Shown here: positions 35,564-45,874 of the stretch, piece after piece
How positions within the stretch are numbered: position 1 is the stretch's first letter
How the letters are laid out: the number at the start of each line of letters is the position of its first letter
NCBI GenBank assembly: GCA_041633075.1
Contig: JBFKGZ010000003.1
Coordinates: 1-55,489 of the forward strand
Length of the DNA stretch: 55,489 nt
Direction: 5' to 3'
From: Candidatus Deferrimicrobiaceae bacterium
Lineage (GTDB): Bacteria; Desulfobacterota; Deferrimicrobia; Deferrimicrobiales; Deferrimicrobiaceae
Notes under the pieces: model-generated
What the model was told of the DNA's origin: nothing
What the model saw: the letters and a program-made list of their open reading frames with translations, nothing else
Databases searched by the model: none
Position numbers and translations under genes: made by a program

Positions 35564-37815
35564 TGAGTAACCGGTTACGGCCGATGGGCCGATACCCCCG
35601 GCGGTACCAGATCTGGCTGGCTGCCGCTGTGCTTGTCTCCGCGATGGCCGGTGTCCCGGCGCTTGGCCAGGCTGCTGCGGATGCATCGCCGGCATCCGGA
35701 GTAAGGGTCGAGGAGGTCGTCGTCTCGAAGACGCCCCATTACACCAATATCGAGGCGACGGCGTCCGGGGAGATAGAGAACTACAACTCGTTCAAGCTCA
35801 ACGACCCGTTCCGGATCGTGGTCGATATTTGGGGGGTCGCACAGGGTCCGGTGGCTTCGGAAGTCCCGGCGGGGACGCCCCAGGTAAAGGCGGTCAAGCT
35901 ATCGCAACAGGGGGACAAGCTGCGGATGGTGGTGGAAACCCCCGAGGATGTTCCGCTCCCGTTTCTTGTCACCACCGAAGGGAACCGCCTCGTACTGTCG
36001 GTCGGCGGCGGCCAGGAGGAAAAGGTGACCAGCCTCGACCGCCCGATGGCAGGGATGGATGCCAGGAAGGGGAAGGCCGTCGTAGGCATCGACCTCGAGG
36101 ATCTTCCCGAGGCATCGAACATCGTCGTCACCACCGCCGGAGACGTCTCCCACAAGGTGATCGAGGGGAAAAACATCGTAACGCTCGTTTTCCCCGGCTC
36201 CTCTGCGGACAAGGGGTTGCTGCGTGAGATGGATGCCAGCAGGTTCGACATTCCCGTCCGGAGGGTGAGGCCTGCCGCAGGCAGGACGGGAATCGAGGTG
36301 GCGGTCACCTACGCCCCCGGCTCCGCCTACACCATCGAGAGGAAGAACGACGCAGTAGTCCTCTCCTTCCCGAAAACCGCGGTAGGCCGAAAGGGGACCG
36401 TGGTGGCGGAACTCAAGGAAAAAACGGTGTCCTACCCGAATGCCTACGCGGGGCCGGACGCGGAGCCCGCCGGAGGGGCAACCAAGTGGGGATTCGTCAC
36501 CCACGAGGTCGAATCCCGAAGGAAATACGTTGGACAGCGGATCTCTCTGGACTTCAAGGACGCGGACCTGGCAAACGTCTTCCGGATCATCGCCGAAGTC
36601 AGCAATCTCAACATCATCACGACGGATGCCGTGAAGGGAAGCGTCTCCGTGCGTCTCATCAACGTTCCCTGGGACCAGGCTCTGGATATCGTCCTGAAAT
36701 CCAAGTCCCTCGGCGCCACGCAGGAGGGGAACATTCTCCGCATCGCGCCCCTGTCGGCGCTTCGGGCCGAGGACAAGGCCCGCCTCGATGCCAAGAAGGA
36801 GGTGGAGAAGCTCCAGGCAACACTGGAGGGCGTGATCGAGACGATTCCCGTCAACTACAGCAAGGCGTCCGACCTGAAGGACAAGATCACGGATCTTCTG
36901 TCCGAGGGCGGGAAGGTCCAGATCGACGACCGCACCAATACGATCATCATCCGGGACCTCCGGAAGAACGTGGAAGACGTGAAAGGTCTGGTCGCGACAC
37001 TTGACACCGCGACTCCCCAGGTGCTCATCGAGGCGCGGATCGTCGAGGTCGACACCTCCTTCACGAGGGAAATCGGCGTGCAGTGGGGCGGGTCGTACAA
37101 GGACGAGGGGAGCACGCAGTTCGGTGCCACGGGAATCCAGGACACCAGCGGCACGTTCATTCCGGGGCAGTCCCTCCTCAACACGGATCCCTTCGCTCCC
37201 GCGACGACACCGCCGAACTTCGCGGTGAACCTCCCAGCGTCCGTAGGGCTCGGCGCCGGTGGCGGGATCACCTTCGGGATCCTGAGGGACAATCTCCGTC
37301 TCGATCTGTCCCTGTCGGCGCTCGAGGCATCCGGAAAGGGGAAGGTGGTTTCCTCGCCCAAGGTGGTCACGATCGACAACAAGGAAGCCATGATCGAGCA
37401 GGGGACCCAGATCCCGTACTCGACCGTATCCGCCTCCGGCACGAACACCCAGTTCGTGGACGCGACCCTAAGCCTCAAGGTGACGCCCCACATCACGCCG
37501 GAGGGAGCCGTCATCATGAAGCTCGAGGCGAAGAACGATTCCCAGGGGGAGGTGGGGGCTTCCGGACAGCCTGCCATCAACAAGAAGAAGGCCACCACCG
37601 AGGTCCTGGTGAGGGACGGGGAGACCGCGGTGATCGGGGGCATCCTCCAGGTTTCGCGGAATCAGGACCAGGCGGCGATTCCGTGGCTTTCCAAAATTCC
37701 CGTTTTGGGGTACCTTTTCAGGAAAGACTCGAACACGTCGTCCAACAGGGAATTGCTGATCTTCATAACACCGAAGATTCTCAAGCCGGAGTCAGCGCAG
37801 GCCAGGACCTACTGA
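35560..37815 (+). CDS. pilQ: Type IV pilus secretin PilQ
   Basis: AMIN domains, Y.G.RISLDF.DAD, VPWDQALD, D.RTN, QVLIEARIVE, GETAVIGG, ELLIFITP. Confidence 0.96.
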   Translation: MMSNRLRPMGRYPRRYQIWLAAAVLVSAMAGVPALGQAAADASPASGVRVEEVVVSKTPHYTNIEATASGEIENYNSFKLNDPFRIVVDIWGVAQGPVASEVPAGTPQVKAVKLSQQGDKLRMVVETPEDVPLPFLVTTEGNRLVLSVGGGQEEKVTSLDRPMAGMDARKGKAVVGIDLEDLPEASNIVVTTAGDVSHKVIEGKNIVTLVFPGSSADKGLLREMDASRFDIPVRRVRPAAGRTGIEVAVTYAPGSAYTIERKNDAVVLSFPKTAVGRKGTVVAELKEKTVSYPNAYAGPDAEPAGGATKWGFVTHEVESRRKYVGQRISLDFKDADLANVFRIIAEVSNLNIITTDAVKGSVSVRLINVPWDQALDIVLKSKSLGATQEGNILRIAPLSALRAEDKARLDAKKEVEKLQATLEGVIETIPVNYSKASDLKDKITDLLSEGGKVQIDDRTNTIIIRDLRKNVEDVKGLVATLDTATPQVLIEARIVEVDTSFTREIGVQWGGSYKDEGSTQFGATGIQDTSGTFIPGQSLLNTDPFAPATTPPNFAVNLPASVGLGAGGGITFGILRDNLRLDLSLSALEASGKGKVVSSPKVVTIDNKEAMIEQGTQIPYSTVSASGTNTQFVDATLSLKVTPHITPEGAVIMKLEAKNDSQGEVGASGQPAINKKKATTEVLVRDGETAVIGGILQVSRNQDQAAIPWLSKIPVLGYLFRKDSNTSSNRELLIFITPKILKPESAQARTY

Positions 37816-37838
37816 TCCCGAACGGGGTTCGCTTTTTC

Positions 37839-37879
37839 CGGAGCACCTGCTCGAAAGGGCCTGGTGCTCCGTTTTTTTT
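37839..37879 (+). terminator. Rho-independent terminator after pilQ
   Basis: CGGAGCACC...GGTGCTCCG stem followed by T8. Confidence 0.75.
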
Positions 37880-37899
37880 CGTAAAGGAGGCGTGAGGAA

Positions 37900-39087
37900 T
37901 TGTTCACATTCCGTACGGCAGGGGAGACGCACGGTCCGGCTTTGGTCACCGTCGTCGAGGGGTTGCCCGCCGGAATGCCGTTCGACCGGGGGGCGGTCAA
38001 CCGGCAGCTTGCCCGCAGGCAGGTCGGGTATGGCCGCGGCGAGCGCATGCAGATCGAACGGGACGAGGTGGAGGTTCTTTCCGGAGTCCGTTTCGCCAGG
38101 ACGCTCGGAGGACCGGTGGCCATGCTCCTGCGCAATCGGGACTGGGAGAACTGGCGGGAGAAGATGGCCCAGGAGGGAAAGGGAAGACGGATCCCCCCGC
38201 TGACGACGGCTCGCCCCGGACATGCCGATCTCCCGGGAGTTCTCAAATATGGCCACCGGGACGTACGGAACGTGCTGGAGAGGGCAAGCGCGAGGGAGAC
38301 GGCAGCCCGGGTCGCGGCGGGGGCATTGGCGCGGATGGTATTGCGGGAAGTGGGTGTGGAGATCGCGGGACACGTCGTCTCGATCGGGAAGGTTCACGTT
38401 CCCCCGGAGACACGGGGGTGCTGGGATCTGGCCGTAACATCGGAGAAGAGCGACCTGCGGATGGCCGATCCGGCGGCCGCAAAAAGAGCAACCGCGGTTA
38501 TCGACCGCGCGAAGAGGACGGGGAGCACGGTGGGGGGAACGGTGGAAGTCATCGCCCGCGGAGTCCCCCCGGGCCTCGGATCGTTCGTCTCCTGGGACCG
38601 AAGGCTCGATGGGCGGCTGGCACAGGCCCTGATGAGCATTCCGGCCATCAAGGGCGTCGAGATGGGGGGGGGCTTTCCCCTGGCGTTGCTGTCCGGAAAT
38701 GCCGTGCACGATGAAATCTTCCCGGGAAAGGGAAAGGGAAACCGTCTTCTCGGCAAGCTGTTCCTGCCGGTACACAGGAAAACGAACCGGGCAGGCGGGG
38801 TGGAGGGAGGGATGAGCAACGGAGAGCCGCTGGTCATACGAGCGGCGATGAAGCCGATTCCCACCCAGGCGAACCCGCTGCGAACGGTGAACATACGGGG
38901 CTGGAAACGGGCCGATGCGCATCGCGAGCGAAGCGACGTCTGCGCAGTGCCTGCGTGTTCGGTAGTCGCCGAGGCCATGGTGGCCATCGTTCTGGCGTCC
39001 GCCTTCCTGGAGAAATTCGGGGGGGACTCGATGTACGAGATTCACTATAATTATTCGGGTTACCTGCGCCGGATCGGATGCCGATGA
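37900..39087 (+). CDS. aroC: Chorismate synthase
   Basis: TAGETHG, RPGHAD, ERASARETAARVAAG, MKPIPT, RSDVCAVP. TTG start. Confidence 0.96.
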   Translation: MFTFRTAGETHGPALVTVVEGLPAGMPFDRGAVNRQLARRQVGYGRGERMQIERDEVEVLSGVRFARTLGGPVAMLLRNRDWENWREKMAQEGKGRRIPPLTTARPGHADLPGVLKYGHRDVRNVLERASARETAARVAAGALARMVLREVGVEIAGHVVSIGKVHVPPETRGCWDLAVTSEKSDLRMADPAAAKRATAVIDRAKRTGSTVGGTVEVIARGVPPGLGSFVSWDRRLDGRLAQALMSIPAIKGVEMGGGFPLALLSGNAVHDEIFPGKGKGNRLLGKLFLPVHRKTNRAGGVEGGMSNGEPLVIRAAMKPIPTQANPLRTVNIRGWKRADAHRERSDVCAVPACSVVAEAMVAIVLASAFLEKFGGDSMYEIHYNYSGYLRRIGCR

Positions 39088-39659
39088 GGAGCCGGGGAAC
39101 CACGCGGGGAGCAGTGCTGGTGGGGTTCATGGGGGCCGGGAAGAGTTCGGTGGGAAAAGTGCTCGCCCGGCGTCTCGGGGCGGAGTTCCTCGACGTGGAC
39201 GAACGGATCGAGGCCGACGCGGGGAAGACGGTAGAGGAAATCTTCGCCACCGAAGGGGAACAGGCGTTCCGGCAAAGGGAACGGATGGCGATCCGGGACG
39301 CCGTCTCGGTACCGGGTAGGGTCATCGCAACCGGCGGAGGATCGTTTCTGGACGGCGATAGCCGGAAACGGCTGAACGCATATGCGCCGGTTGTGTTTCT
39401 CGACATTTCTCCCGCCACCGCGCTTGCGCGCCTAGCCGGGGACACGTCGCGTCCCCTGCTTTTCGGGGAGGACCGGGAGAAGACGGTGATGGAGATGATG
39501 GAAAGGCGCCGGACGGCTTACCTGCAGGCGGATTTCCGGGTGAGCACGGAAAATCGGACGGCGGCCCGGGTGGCCGAAGAGGTTTTCCTGCTCCTTTCCC
39601 GGAAGTCGCAGGGTGTCCCGGCGGGGAGGACCGGCCGCAAGGAAAGGGGAAGAGGGTGA
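39084..39659 (+). CDS. aroK: Shikimate kinase
   Basis: GFMGAGKSSVG, GE..FR..E, ATGGG, RPLL. Confidence 0.95.
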   Translation: MRSRGTTRGAVLVGFMGAGKSSVGKVLARRLGAEFLDVDERIEADAGKTVEEIFATEGEQAFRQRERMAIRDAVSVPGRVIATGGGSFLDGDSRKRLNAYAPVVFLDISPATALARLAGDTSRPLLFGEDREKTVMEMMERRRTAYLQADFRVSTENRTAARVAEEVFLLLSRKSQGVPAGRTGRKERGRG

Positions 39660-41473
39660 ACGACGGAATCATCACGGTGTCGCTGGGGGACCGTTCCTAC
39701 GACATCTTTTTCGGAACGGGGGTGTACCCCCTCTTCCAGGAGTGGGTGACGCGGTTCTTCCGGGGCACTACTGTTTTCGTCGTGACGGATCGGACCGTCC
39801 ACTCCATCTACGGGGACGACCTACAGAAGTGGCTTTCCGGGGTTCCTCACGATGTTCTTCCCCTTCCTCCCGGCGAAGAGAGAAAGTCCTGGGACGCGGT
39901 GCAGGAGATCTATTCCTTTCTCGCCCGAAAGGGGGCGGGAAGGGACTCTCTCGTCGTGGCATTCGGCGGCGGGGTTGTGGGAGATCTTGCCGGTTTCGCC
40001 GCCGCCACCTTCCTTCGGGGAATTCCCTATGTGCAAATTCCCACCACGCTTCTCTCGCAGGTCGACAGCAGCGTCGGCGGGAAGACGGGCTTCAACCTCG
40101 CCGAAGGGAAAAACCTCGTGGGGGCGTTTCACCAGCCGCGGGCGGTATTCATCGACCCGGCATTCCTCCTCACGCTCGACGACAGAAACCTGCGGTCGGG
40201 GATGGCGGAAGTCGTGAAATGCGCCTTTGCCGGCGCCCCCTCCCTCCTGGAATCCATCACCGCCTGCGCGGGAGGCTGGAAGAAAATGTCCGGCGACTCC
40301 TGGATTACGATCATCCGCAGCGCCGTGGCGTTCAAGGCCACGGTGGTCGAGCGAGACGAGAAGGAAGCTTCCGCACGCCGTATCCTGAACCTGGGGCACA
40401 CGATCGGGCATGCCCTGGAGCAGGCCTCCGGGTACCGGCGGCTTCTCCACGGGGAAGCGGTCGCGATGGGACTGGCGTGGGAGGCGGTTTTCTCCCGCAG
40501 GCAGGGAGAGACCTCTCCGGAGGTGGAAAGGAGATTGATCGACCTGCTCCTGGGGATGGGATTCGCGCTCGACGACCCCTCCGTCCCGGTTACGGCAATC
40601 GCCGCAGCGGTCGGGATGGACAAGAAGAAGATGGCGTCGGACATCGACATGCCGCTTTTAAGCGGGTCGGGTTCCTGTGTCCTGAAGCGCATACCCGTTT
40701 CCCTTCTCCGGGAGGAATTGCCCGCCATCCGCGAAGAGCTCCGGGGGATTGCGGGGGAGCGGGCAAGGGAAGCCGGGGAAGAGAAGGGGAGTCCCCCGGA
40801 AGAGGATTCCCCTCCTGCGCAGCCGGCCGGCCCGGAAGGAGCCGCGCCTGCGATATCGGAACTGGAACGAAGGGTGGTGGTCAATCCGTGGGACGTGGAC
40901 GCCATGGTTGCGCTCGCGGAGGCGTATCGGCGCGCAGGAAATCTGGCCGGAGCGTGGGAGACGATCAAGGAGGCATTGGCCCAGAACCCCTCCTCCGCCA
41001 GCGCGCAGCGCGTGGCAAGGGAGATCGAGCGTGAGGTGAAGGAGGCACTGCCGGAAATCGGGGAAAGCAGCTCCCCCCTCCTGGAGGAAGTCGTCATCCT
41101 GGACGAGGGGGCGTTCGAACTTCGCCCCGCCGACCGGTGGTCCGGACCCGACGAGGAAAGAGGCGATGCCGGTGCTCCAAGCGCACGGGCGACCGACATC
41201 CCGCCGGGAACATCCCCCCCGGAGCCGGGGGCGCTGATCAGGACGGTCACGATGGCGAGCATATACTGGGACCAGGGGCGGCAGGAGGAGTCGATACGGA
41301 TTATCGACGAGATTCTGCGCCGCCATCCCAACGACTCCCGGGCGCTGGCATGGCGGGAGGCCCGCCTGGGCAAACGGCCGGCCGGCCGGGAGGAAAGGCT
41401 GGTTTCCTCCCTGACCGCATTTCTCAGGAAGATGAAAAAGGAGTTCGGCTATGACGTTCCGGGAAATCATTGA
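39656..41473 (+). CDS. aroB: 3-dehydroquinate synthase fused to a C-terminal TPR-containing domain
   Basis: GGGVVGDLAGF, PTTLLSQVDSSVGGKTG, LNLGHTIGHALE and HGEAV in the first ~365 aa, then about 240 aa containing two TPR-like segments. Confidence 0.9.
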   Translation: MNDGIITVSLGDRSYDIFFGTGVYPLFQEWVTRFFRGTTVFVVTDRTVHSIYGDDLQKWLSGVPHDVLPLPPGEERKSWDAVQEIYSFLARKGAGRDSLVVAFGGGVVGDLAGFAAATFLRGIPYVQIPTTLLSQVDSSVGGKTGFNLAEGKNLVGAFHQPRAVFIDPAFLLTLDDRNLRSGMAEVVKCAFAGAPSLLESITACAGGWKKMSGDSWITIIRSAVAFKATVVERDEKEASARRILNLGHTIGHALEQASGYRRLLHGEAVAMGLAWEAVFSRRQGETSPEVERRLIDLLLGMGFALDDPSVPVTAIAAAVGMDKKKMASDIDMPLLSGSGSCVLKRIPVSLLREELPAIREELRGIAGERAREAGEEKGSPPEEDSPPAQPAGPEGAAPAISELERRVVVNPWDVDAMVALAEAYRRAGNLAGAWETIKEALAQNPSSASAQRVAREIEREVKEALPEIGESSSPLLEEVVILDEGAFELRPADRWSGPDEERGDAGAPSARATDIPPGTSPPEPGALIRTVTMASIYWDQGRQEESIRIIDEILRRHPNDSRALAWREARLGKRPAGREERLVSSLTAFLRKMKKEFGYDVPGNH

Positions 41474-41807
41474 GGGGATGCATCGGCGGGAACCTGCGAT
41501 ACGCGGGGGTGCCCTGGCCGGATCGGACGGGCTGGCTGTCGACGAATGGAGCGCAGCCGCCGGCCTCGACCTTTCCGCCCTCTGCGCGGAGATGGTCCAG
41601 TTTTTCAAGGAGAGCGTGCGGGTGGCCGGGGACCAGGGACTCGGAGGCGCCTCCGAGGTCTTTATCGCCGGGGAGGACGGACAGATATTTTTCCAGAGGG
41701 TGACCGCCGACTATTACCTTATGCTCGTCGCGGCCCCTGGGGCGGTGCCCGGAAAATGCCGGTTCCTCCTCCGTCAGGGTGCCTCGCGGGCCAGAGAGAT
41801 GCTGTGA
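41451..41807 (+). CDS. Roadblock/LC7 domain protein (MglC-like)
   Basis: F...I..M......GG.L.G.DGL.V...E.......Y.L......G..RF.LR pattern. Position between pilQ/aroB and efp-accBC. Confidence 0.75.
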   Translation: MTFREIIEGMHRREPAIRGGALAGSDGLAVDEWSAAAGLDLSALCAEMVQFFKESVRVAGDQGLGGASEVFIAGEDGQIFFQRVTADYYLMLVAAPGAVPGKCRFLLRQGASRAREML

Positions 41808-42346
41808 TGGGTCTTGCCTCCCGGAAACGGCAGACGGGCGGTCCCAACGCAACCTCGAAGGAAGGGAGACGGCCGGTCCTTCGGGCGGCGTACCGGATCC
41901 TGTTCCTCGACGGACCGAACCTCAATGTCCTCGGCAAGCGGGAGCCGGGCATATACGGGAAGAAGACGCTGGCCGAAATCCGGCGCAGTGTGACCGACGC
42001 CGCCCGGGAGGAGGGGGTGTCCGTGCAGTTTTTCCAGTCCAACCACGAGGGGGAGATCGTGACCCGCCTCCAGGAAGCAAGGGAGAACGCCGACGGACTG
42101 GTGATCAATCCCGGAGGATACACCCACTCCAGCGTGGCGATCCGCGATGCCCTGCTCTACGCCGGGCTTCCCGCCGTGGAGGTCCATCTGAGCAACCTGG
42201 CCAGCCGGGAACCCTTTCGGAAGCAATCCCTGATTGAGGACGTGGCGGTCGGCCGGATCGCCGGATTCGGCGGTTTCGGATACGTTCTTGCCCTACGTGC
42301 CCTTCTCGACCATCTCCGCAGGGAAGGTGGAATTGCCAAGCCGTAA
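41807..42346 (+). CDS. aroQ: Type II 3-dehydroquinate dehydratase
   Basis: GPNLN.LG.REP..YG, QSNHEG, NPGGYTHSS, EVHLSN..REPFR. Confidence 0.95.
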   Translation: MGLASRKRQTGGPNATSKEGRRPVLRAAYRILFLDGPNLNVLGKREPGIYGKKTLAEIRRSVTDAAREEGVSVQFFQSNHEGEIVTRLQEARENADGLVINPGGYTHSSVAIRDALLYAGLPAVEVHLSNLASREPFRKQSLIEDVAVGRIAGFGGFGYVLALRALLDHLRREGGIAKP

Positions 42347-43448
42347 CTCCCAGGTCCCGGGTACCCATGCGCGTATCCGGAGGCTCCTGGGCGTTCTCGC
42401 CCGGCAGAGGATTCCCCTGTTTCTCTGCCTCCGGATGACCAATATCCGGTACCTCACGGGGTTCCGGGGAAGCGACGCCGCCCTTCTCGTATCCCCGGAC
42501 GGCGTGATCTTCGTGACCGACGGCAGGTATGCGGAGCAATCCCGGCAGGAGGTTCGCGGGGCGGAGATCGTAATTTCCGACAGGAAGTGGTCCGTGGTGT
42601 CGCGCAGGATCCGAACGGCGACGCGGCGCTCCGGCCGCGGGAGGCGTGCGAGGATAGGGTTCGAATCCCGTCATCTCCCCGTGGAGCTCTATCGCTATCT
42701 GACAAAGGGGAGAGATGCCCACTGGGTAGCGCTGCGTGATCCGGTGGAATCGCTCCGGATGCGGAAGGAGGAGCCCGAGATCCTCGCCATGGAGGGCGCG
42801 GCGGTGACTGCCTCGGGCGCCCTTCTCGAGGTTCTCTCGGCGGGGGTTCGTGGCCGGACCGAAAAGGAGGTGGCGGCCGACCTGGAGAAGGGGATAAAGG
42901 TGCTGGGGGCCGAGGAACCGTCCTTTCGAGCGATCGTCGCATCGGGCACGCGTTCCGCTCTTCCCCACGCCGAGCCCACGAGCGCCGCGATCGGACGGGG
43001 TGAAGTGATCGTCATCGATTTCGGGGCCCGCCGTCGCGGGTATTGCTCGGACGAGACCGTCTCCGTTCTCCCCGCTCGCCCCTCCCCCTCGCTGCGCAGG
43101 GTGTTCGACGCCGTCAGGCGCGCCCAGGAACGGGGGATCCGGGCCATCCGGCCGGGGATGCCGTGCAGGGACGTGGATGCCCGGGTGCGGGAATCGCTGG
43201 ACCGGTCGGGATATTTGAAGTATTTTGTTCATTCTACCGGCCACGGCGTGGGGCTGGACATCCACGAGCGACCTTCCCTGTCCCCGCGGTCGAAGGACCG
43301 ACTTGTCGAGGGAATGGTCGTGACCGTCGAGCCCGGAGTGTATATTCCCGGGTTTGGAGGAATCCGGATCGAAGACATGATCCGGGTGACGGGGAGGCGG
43401 GGAGAAAAAGTGACCTATCTTCCCAAGCAGGCCTCATCGCTTCGATAG
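42333..43448 (+). CDS. Xaa-Pro peptidase, M24 family
   Basis: NIRYLTGF.GS, TDGRY, DFGA...YCSDET, HSTGHGVGL.IHE, TVEPGVY, GIRIED. TTG at 42333 follows GGAAGGTGG. Confidence 0.9.
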   Translation: MPSRNSQVPGTHARIRRLLGVLARQRIPLFLCLRMTNIRYLTGFRGSDAALLVSPDGVIFVTDGRYAEQSRQEVRGAEIVISDRKWSVVSRRIRTATRRSGRGRRARIGFESRHLPVELYRYLTKGRDAHWVALRDPVESLRMRKEEPEILAMEGAAVTASGALLEVLSAGVRGRTEKEVAADLEKGIKVLGAEEPSFRAIVASGTRSALPHAEPTSAAIGRGEVIVIDFGARRRGYCSDETVSVLPARPSPSLRRVFDAVRRAQERGIRAIRPGMPCRDVDARVRESLDRSGYLKYFVHSTGHGVGLDIHERPSLSPRSKDRLVEGMVVTVEPGVYIPGFGGIRIEDMIRVTGRRGEKVTYLPKQASSLR

Positions 43449-43462
43449 AAGGGAAAAGGCTT

Positions 43463-44020
43463 TTGTATTCCACCACGGACTTTCGAAACGGGCTGAAAAT
43501 CGAGTTCGGCGGCGAACCGTATGTGATCGTGTTCTTCCAGCATGTGAAACCCGGCAAGGGCGGGGCATTCGTCAGGACGAAGCTCAAGAACCTGAAAACC
43601 GGTGCCGTTCTGGAGAATACATTCCGAAGCGGGGACAAGGTCAACAAGCCGGACCTCGACGAGCGCGAGATGCAGTTCATGTACCTGATGGAGAACGCCT
43701 ACCACTTCATGGATACCAAGACGTACGAACAGATCTATCTGGACCGGGAGCACATGGGGGACGCGGCAAACTACATGATCGAGAACCTCCCGGTCAAGAT
43801 CCTGTTCTACCGGGGAGAGCCGATCGGCATCGACCTCCCCATCTTCATCGACCTGCAGATCGTCGAGACCGAGCCGGGGCTCAAGGGCGATACCGTAAGC
43901 GGGGCGACCAAATCCGCCCGGCTGGAATCGGGGGCCGGCGTGCAGGTTCCCCTCTTCCTCAACGTCGGGGATAGGATCAAGGTGGACACACGCACGGGTA
44001 CGTACATAGAGCGCGCGTAA
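43463..44020 (+). CDS. efp: Elongation factor P
   Basis: [27 protein letters not shown]...GD...DTR...Y..R. TTG start at 43463. Confidence 0.96.
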   Translation: MYSTTDFRNGLKIEFGGEPYVIVFFQHVKPGKGGAFVRTKLKNLKTGAVLENTFRSGDKVNKPDLDEREMQFMYLMENAYHFMDTKTYEQIYLDREHMGDAANYMIENLPVKILFYRGEPIGIDLPIFIDLQIVETEPGLKGDTVSGATKSARLESGAGVQVPLFLNVGDRIKVDTRTGTYIERA

Positions 44021-44030
44021 GGGGAGCGAC

Positions 44031-44477
44031 ATGAATCTGAAAGAGATACGGGAGATCCTCGAACTTCTCAAGGGAACCGACGTGACCGAACTGGAGGTGG
44101 TCCGCGGGGAGGACGTCCTGAAGGTCCGGCGGGGTCCTGCGGGCGAGATGCGCCCGGTCGCCGCCGTGCAGCCCCTCCCCCTTTCCCCGGCGGAGGCTCC
44201 TGCTTCCGCTCCTCCGAAAGAACCTCCGAAGACGGCGCACAAAGAGGTCATCTCCCCGATCGTGGGCACGTTCTACCGGGCGCCGGCCCCCGACGCGGCT
44301 CCGTTCGTCGAGGTGGGAAGCCGCGTCTCCAAGGGCCAGGTCCTGTGCATCGTCGAGGCGATGAAGATCATGAACCAGATCGAATCCGACACGACAGGCG
44401 TCGTGGTGGCGATTCTCGTGGAAAACGCGCAACCGGTGGCGTACGGCCAGCCGCTTTTCCACATCTCTGCGGAGTAG
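44031..44477 (+). CDS. accB: Acetyl-CoA carboxylase biotin carboxyl carrier protein
   Basis: [11 protein letters not shown] and the EAMKIMN biotinylation motif. Confidence 0.96.
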   Translation: MNLKEIREILELLKGTDVTELEVVRGEDVLKVRRGPAGEMRPVAAVQPLPLSPAEAPASAPPKEPPKTAHKEVISPIVGTFYRAPAPDAAPFVEVGSRVSKGQVLCIVEAMKIMNQIESDTTGVVVAILVENAQPVAYGQPLFHISAE

Positions 44478-44485
44478 AAGACGGC

Positions 44486-45820
44486 ATGATTCACAAGGTC
44501 CTTGTCGCCAACCGGGGAGAAATCGCCGTCCGTATCATCCGCACCTGCCGCGAGATGGGGATTCGGACCGTCGCCATCTATTCCTCCATGGACAAGGACG
44601 CAATGCACGTCAAGACAGCGGACCAGTCCGTCTGCGTGGGGCCGCCCCCGAGCACGGAGAGCTATCTCAATGTTCCTTCCATTCTGAGTGCGATCGAGAT
44701 CACGGACTCGGACTCGGTCCACCCCGGGTACGGTTTCCTCGCGGAGAACCCGGCATTCGCCGAAATCTGCGAGAATTACGGGGTAAAGTTCATCGGTCCG
44801 TCATCGGAGTCGATCCGGCTGATGGGGAACAAGGTCGAGGCACGTCGCGCGGTGCGCAGGGCCAAGGTGCCGACCGTCCCGGGGAGCGACGGAGCGATCA
44901 CGGAAGAAGAGGAAGGGCTTCGGATATCGAAGGAAATCGGGTTCCCCGTCATCATCAAGGCGGCTGCCGGAGGAGGCGGAAGGGGCATGAAAATCGTTCA
45001 TTCCCCCGCCTCCTTCATCAACGCCTATCTCACCGCCCAGTCGGAGGCTCTTTCCGCCTTCGGCGTCCCCGATGTCTACATCGAGAAGTATTTCGAGCAC
45101 GCGAGGCACGTCGAGGTCCAGGTTATGGGCGACAAGTTCGGCAAAGTCATCCACCTGGGGGACCGGGACTGTTCGGTCCAGAGACGTCACCAGAAACTGA
45201 TCGAGGAGGCCCCCGCGCCGTTCATCCCCGCCCGGATCCGGAACCGCATCCACAAGGCGGCAGTCGACGCGGCGACCGCGGTGCGGTACAACAATGTGGG
45301 GACGGTCGAGTTCCTCTACATCGCCGAAGGGGAGTTCTATTTCCTGGAGATGAACACCCGGATCCAGGTGGAGCACCCCGTCACGGAGATGATTACGGGT
45401 ATCGATATTGTGCGGGAGCAGATCCGGATCGCCGACGGCAAGAAACTGCGGATCGACCAGAAGGGGGTCCAGTTCCGGGGCCACAGCATCGAGTGCCGCA
45501 TCAACGCGGAGGATCCCGAAACGTTCACTCCGTCCCCGGGACAGATCACATCGTGCATGTTTCCCGGGGGGTTTGGAGTCCGTGTCGACACGGGGATCTA
45601 CCCCGGCTACACGGTTCCCTCCACGTACGACTCCCTGCTGGGAAAGCTGGTGGTGCACGGGGAGGACCGTAACGAGGCAATCATGCGGATGCGGCGGGCC
45701 CTCGATGAAATCCGGATCGAAGGGGTGAAGACGACGGTCGGTTTTCACAAGAAGATGATGATGGACTCGGATTTCACGGAAGGGCGTTTGTGGACCAAGT
45801 TCGTGGAAAAGAGGGCATAA
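44486..45820 (+). CDS. accC: Biotin carboxylase
   Basis: KVLVANRGEIA, HPGYGFLAEN, GGGGRGM, QRRHQKL, EMNTRIQVEHPVTE, RINAEDP. Confidence 0.97.
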   Translation: MIHKVLVANRGEIAVRIIRTCREMGIRTVAIYSSMDKDAMHVKTADQSVCVGPPPSTESYLNVPSILSAIEITDSDSVHPGYGFLAENPAFAEICENYGVKFIGPSSESIRLMGNKVEARRAVRRAKVPTVPGSDGAITEEEEGLRISKEIGFPVIIKAAAGGGGRGMKIVHSPASFINAYLTAQSEALSAFGVPDVYIEKYFEHARHVEVQVMGDKFGKVIHLGDRDCSVQRRHQKLIEEAPAPFIPARIRNRIHKAAVDAATAVRYNNVGTVEFLYIAEGEFYFLEMNTRIQVEHPVTEMITGIDIVREQIRIADGKKLRIDQKGVQFRGHSIECRINAEDPETFTPSPGQITSCMFPGGFGVRVDTGIYPGYTVPSTYDSLLGKLVVHGEDRNEAIMRMRRALDEIRIEGVKTTVGFHKKMMMDSDFTEGRLWTKFVEKRA

Positions 45821-45874
45821 TGGACGGTGGGTTTGCCGGGCATGACCGGCGGCACCGCAGGGAGGATTGACCGG

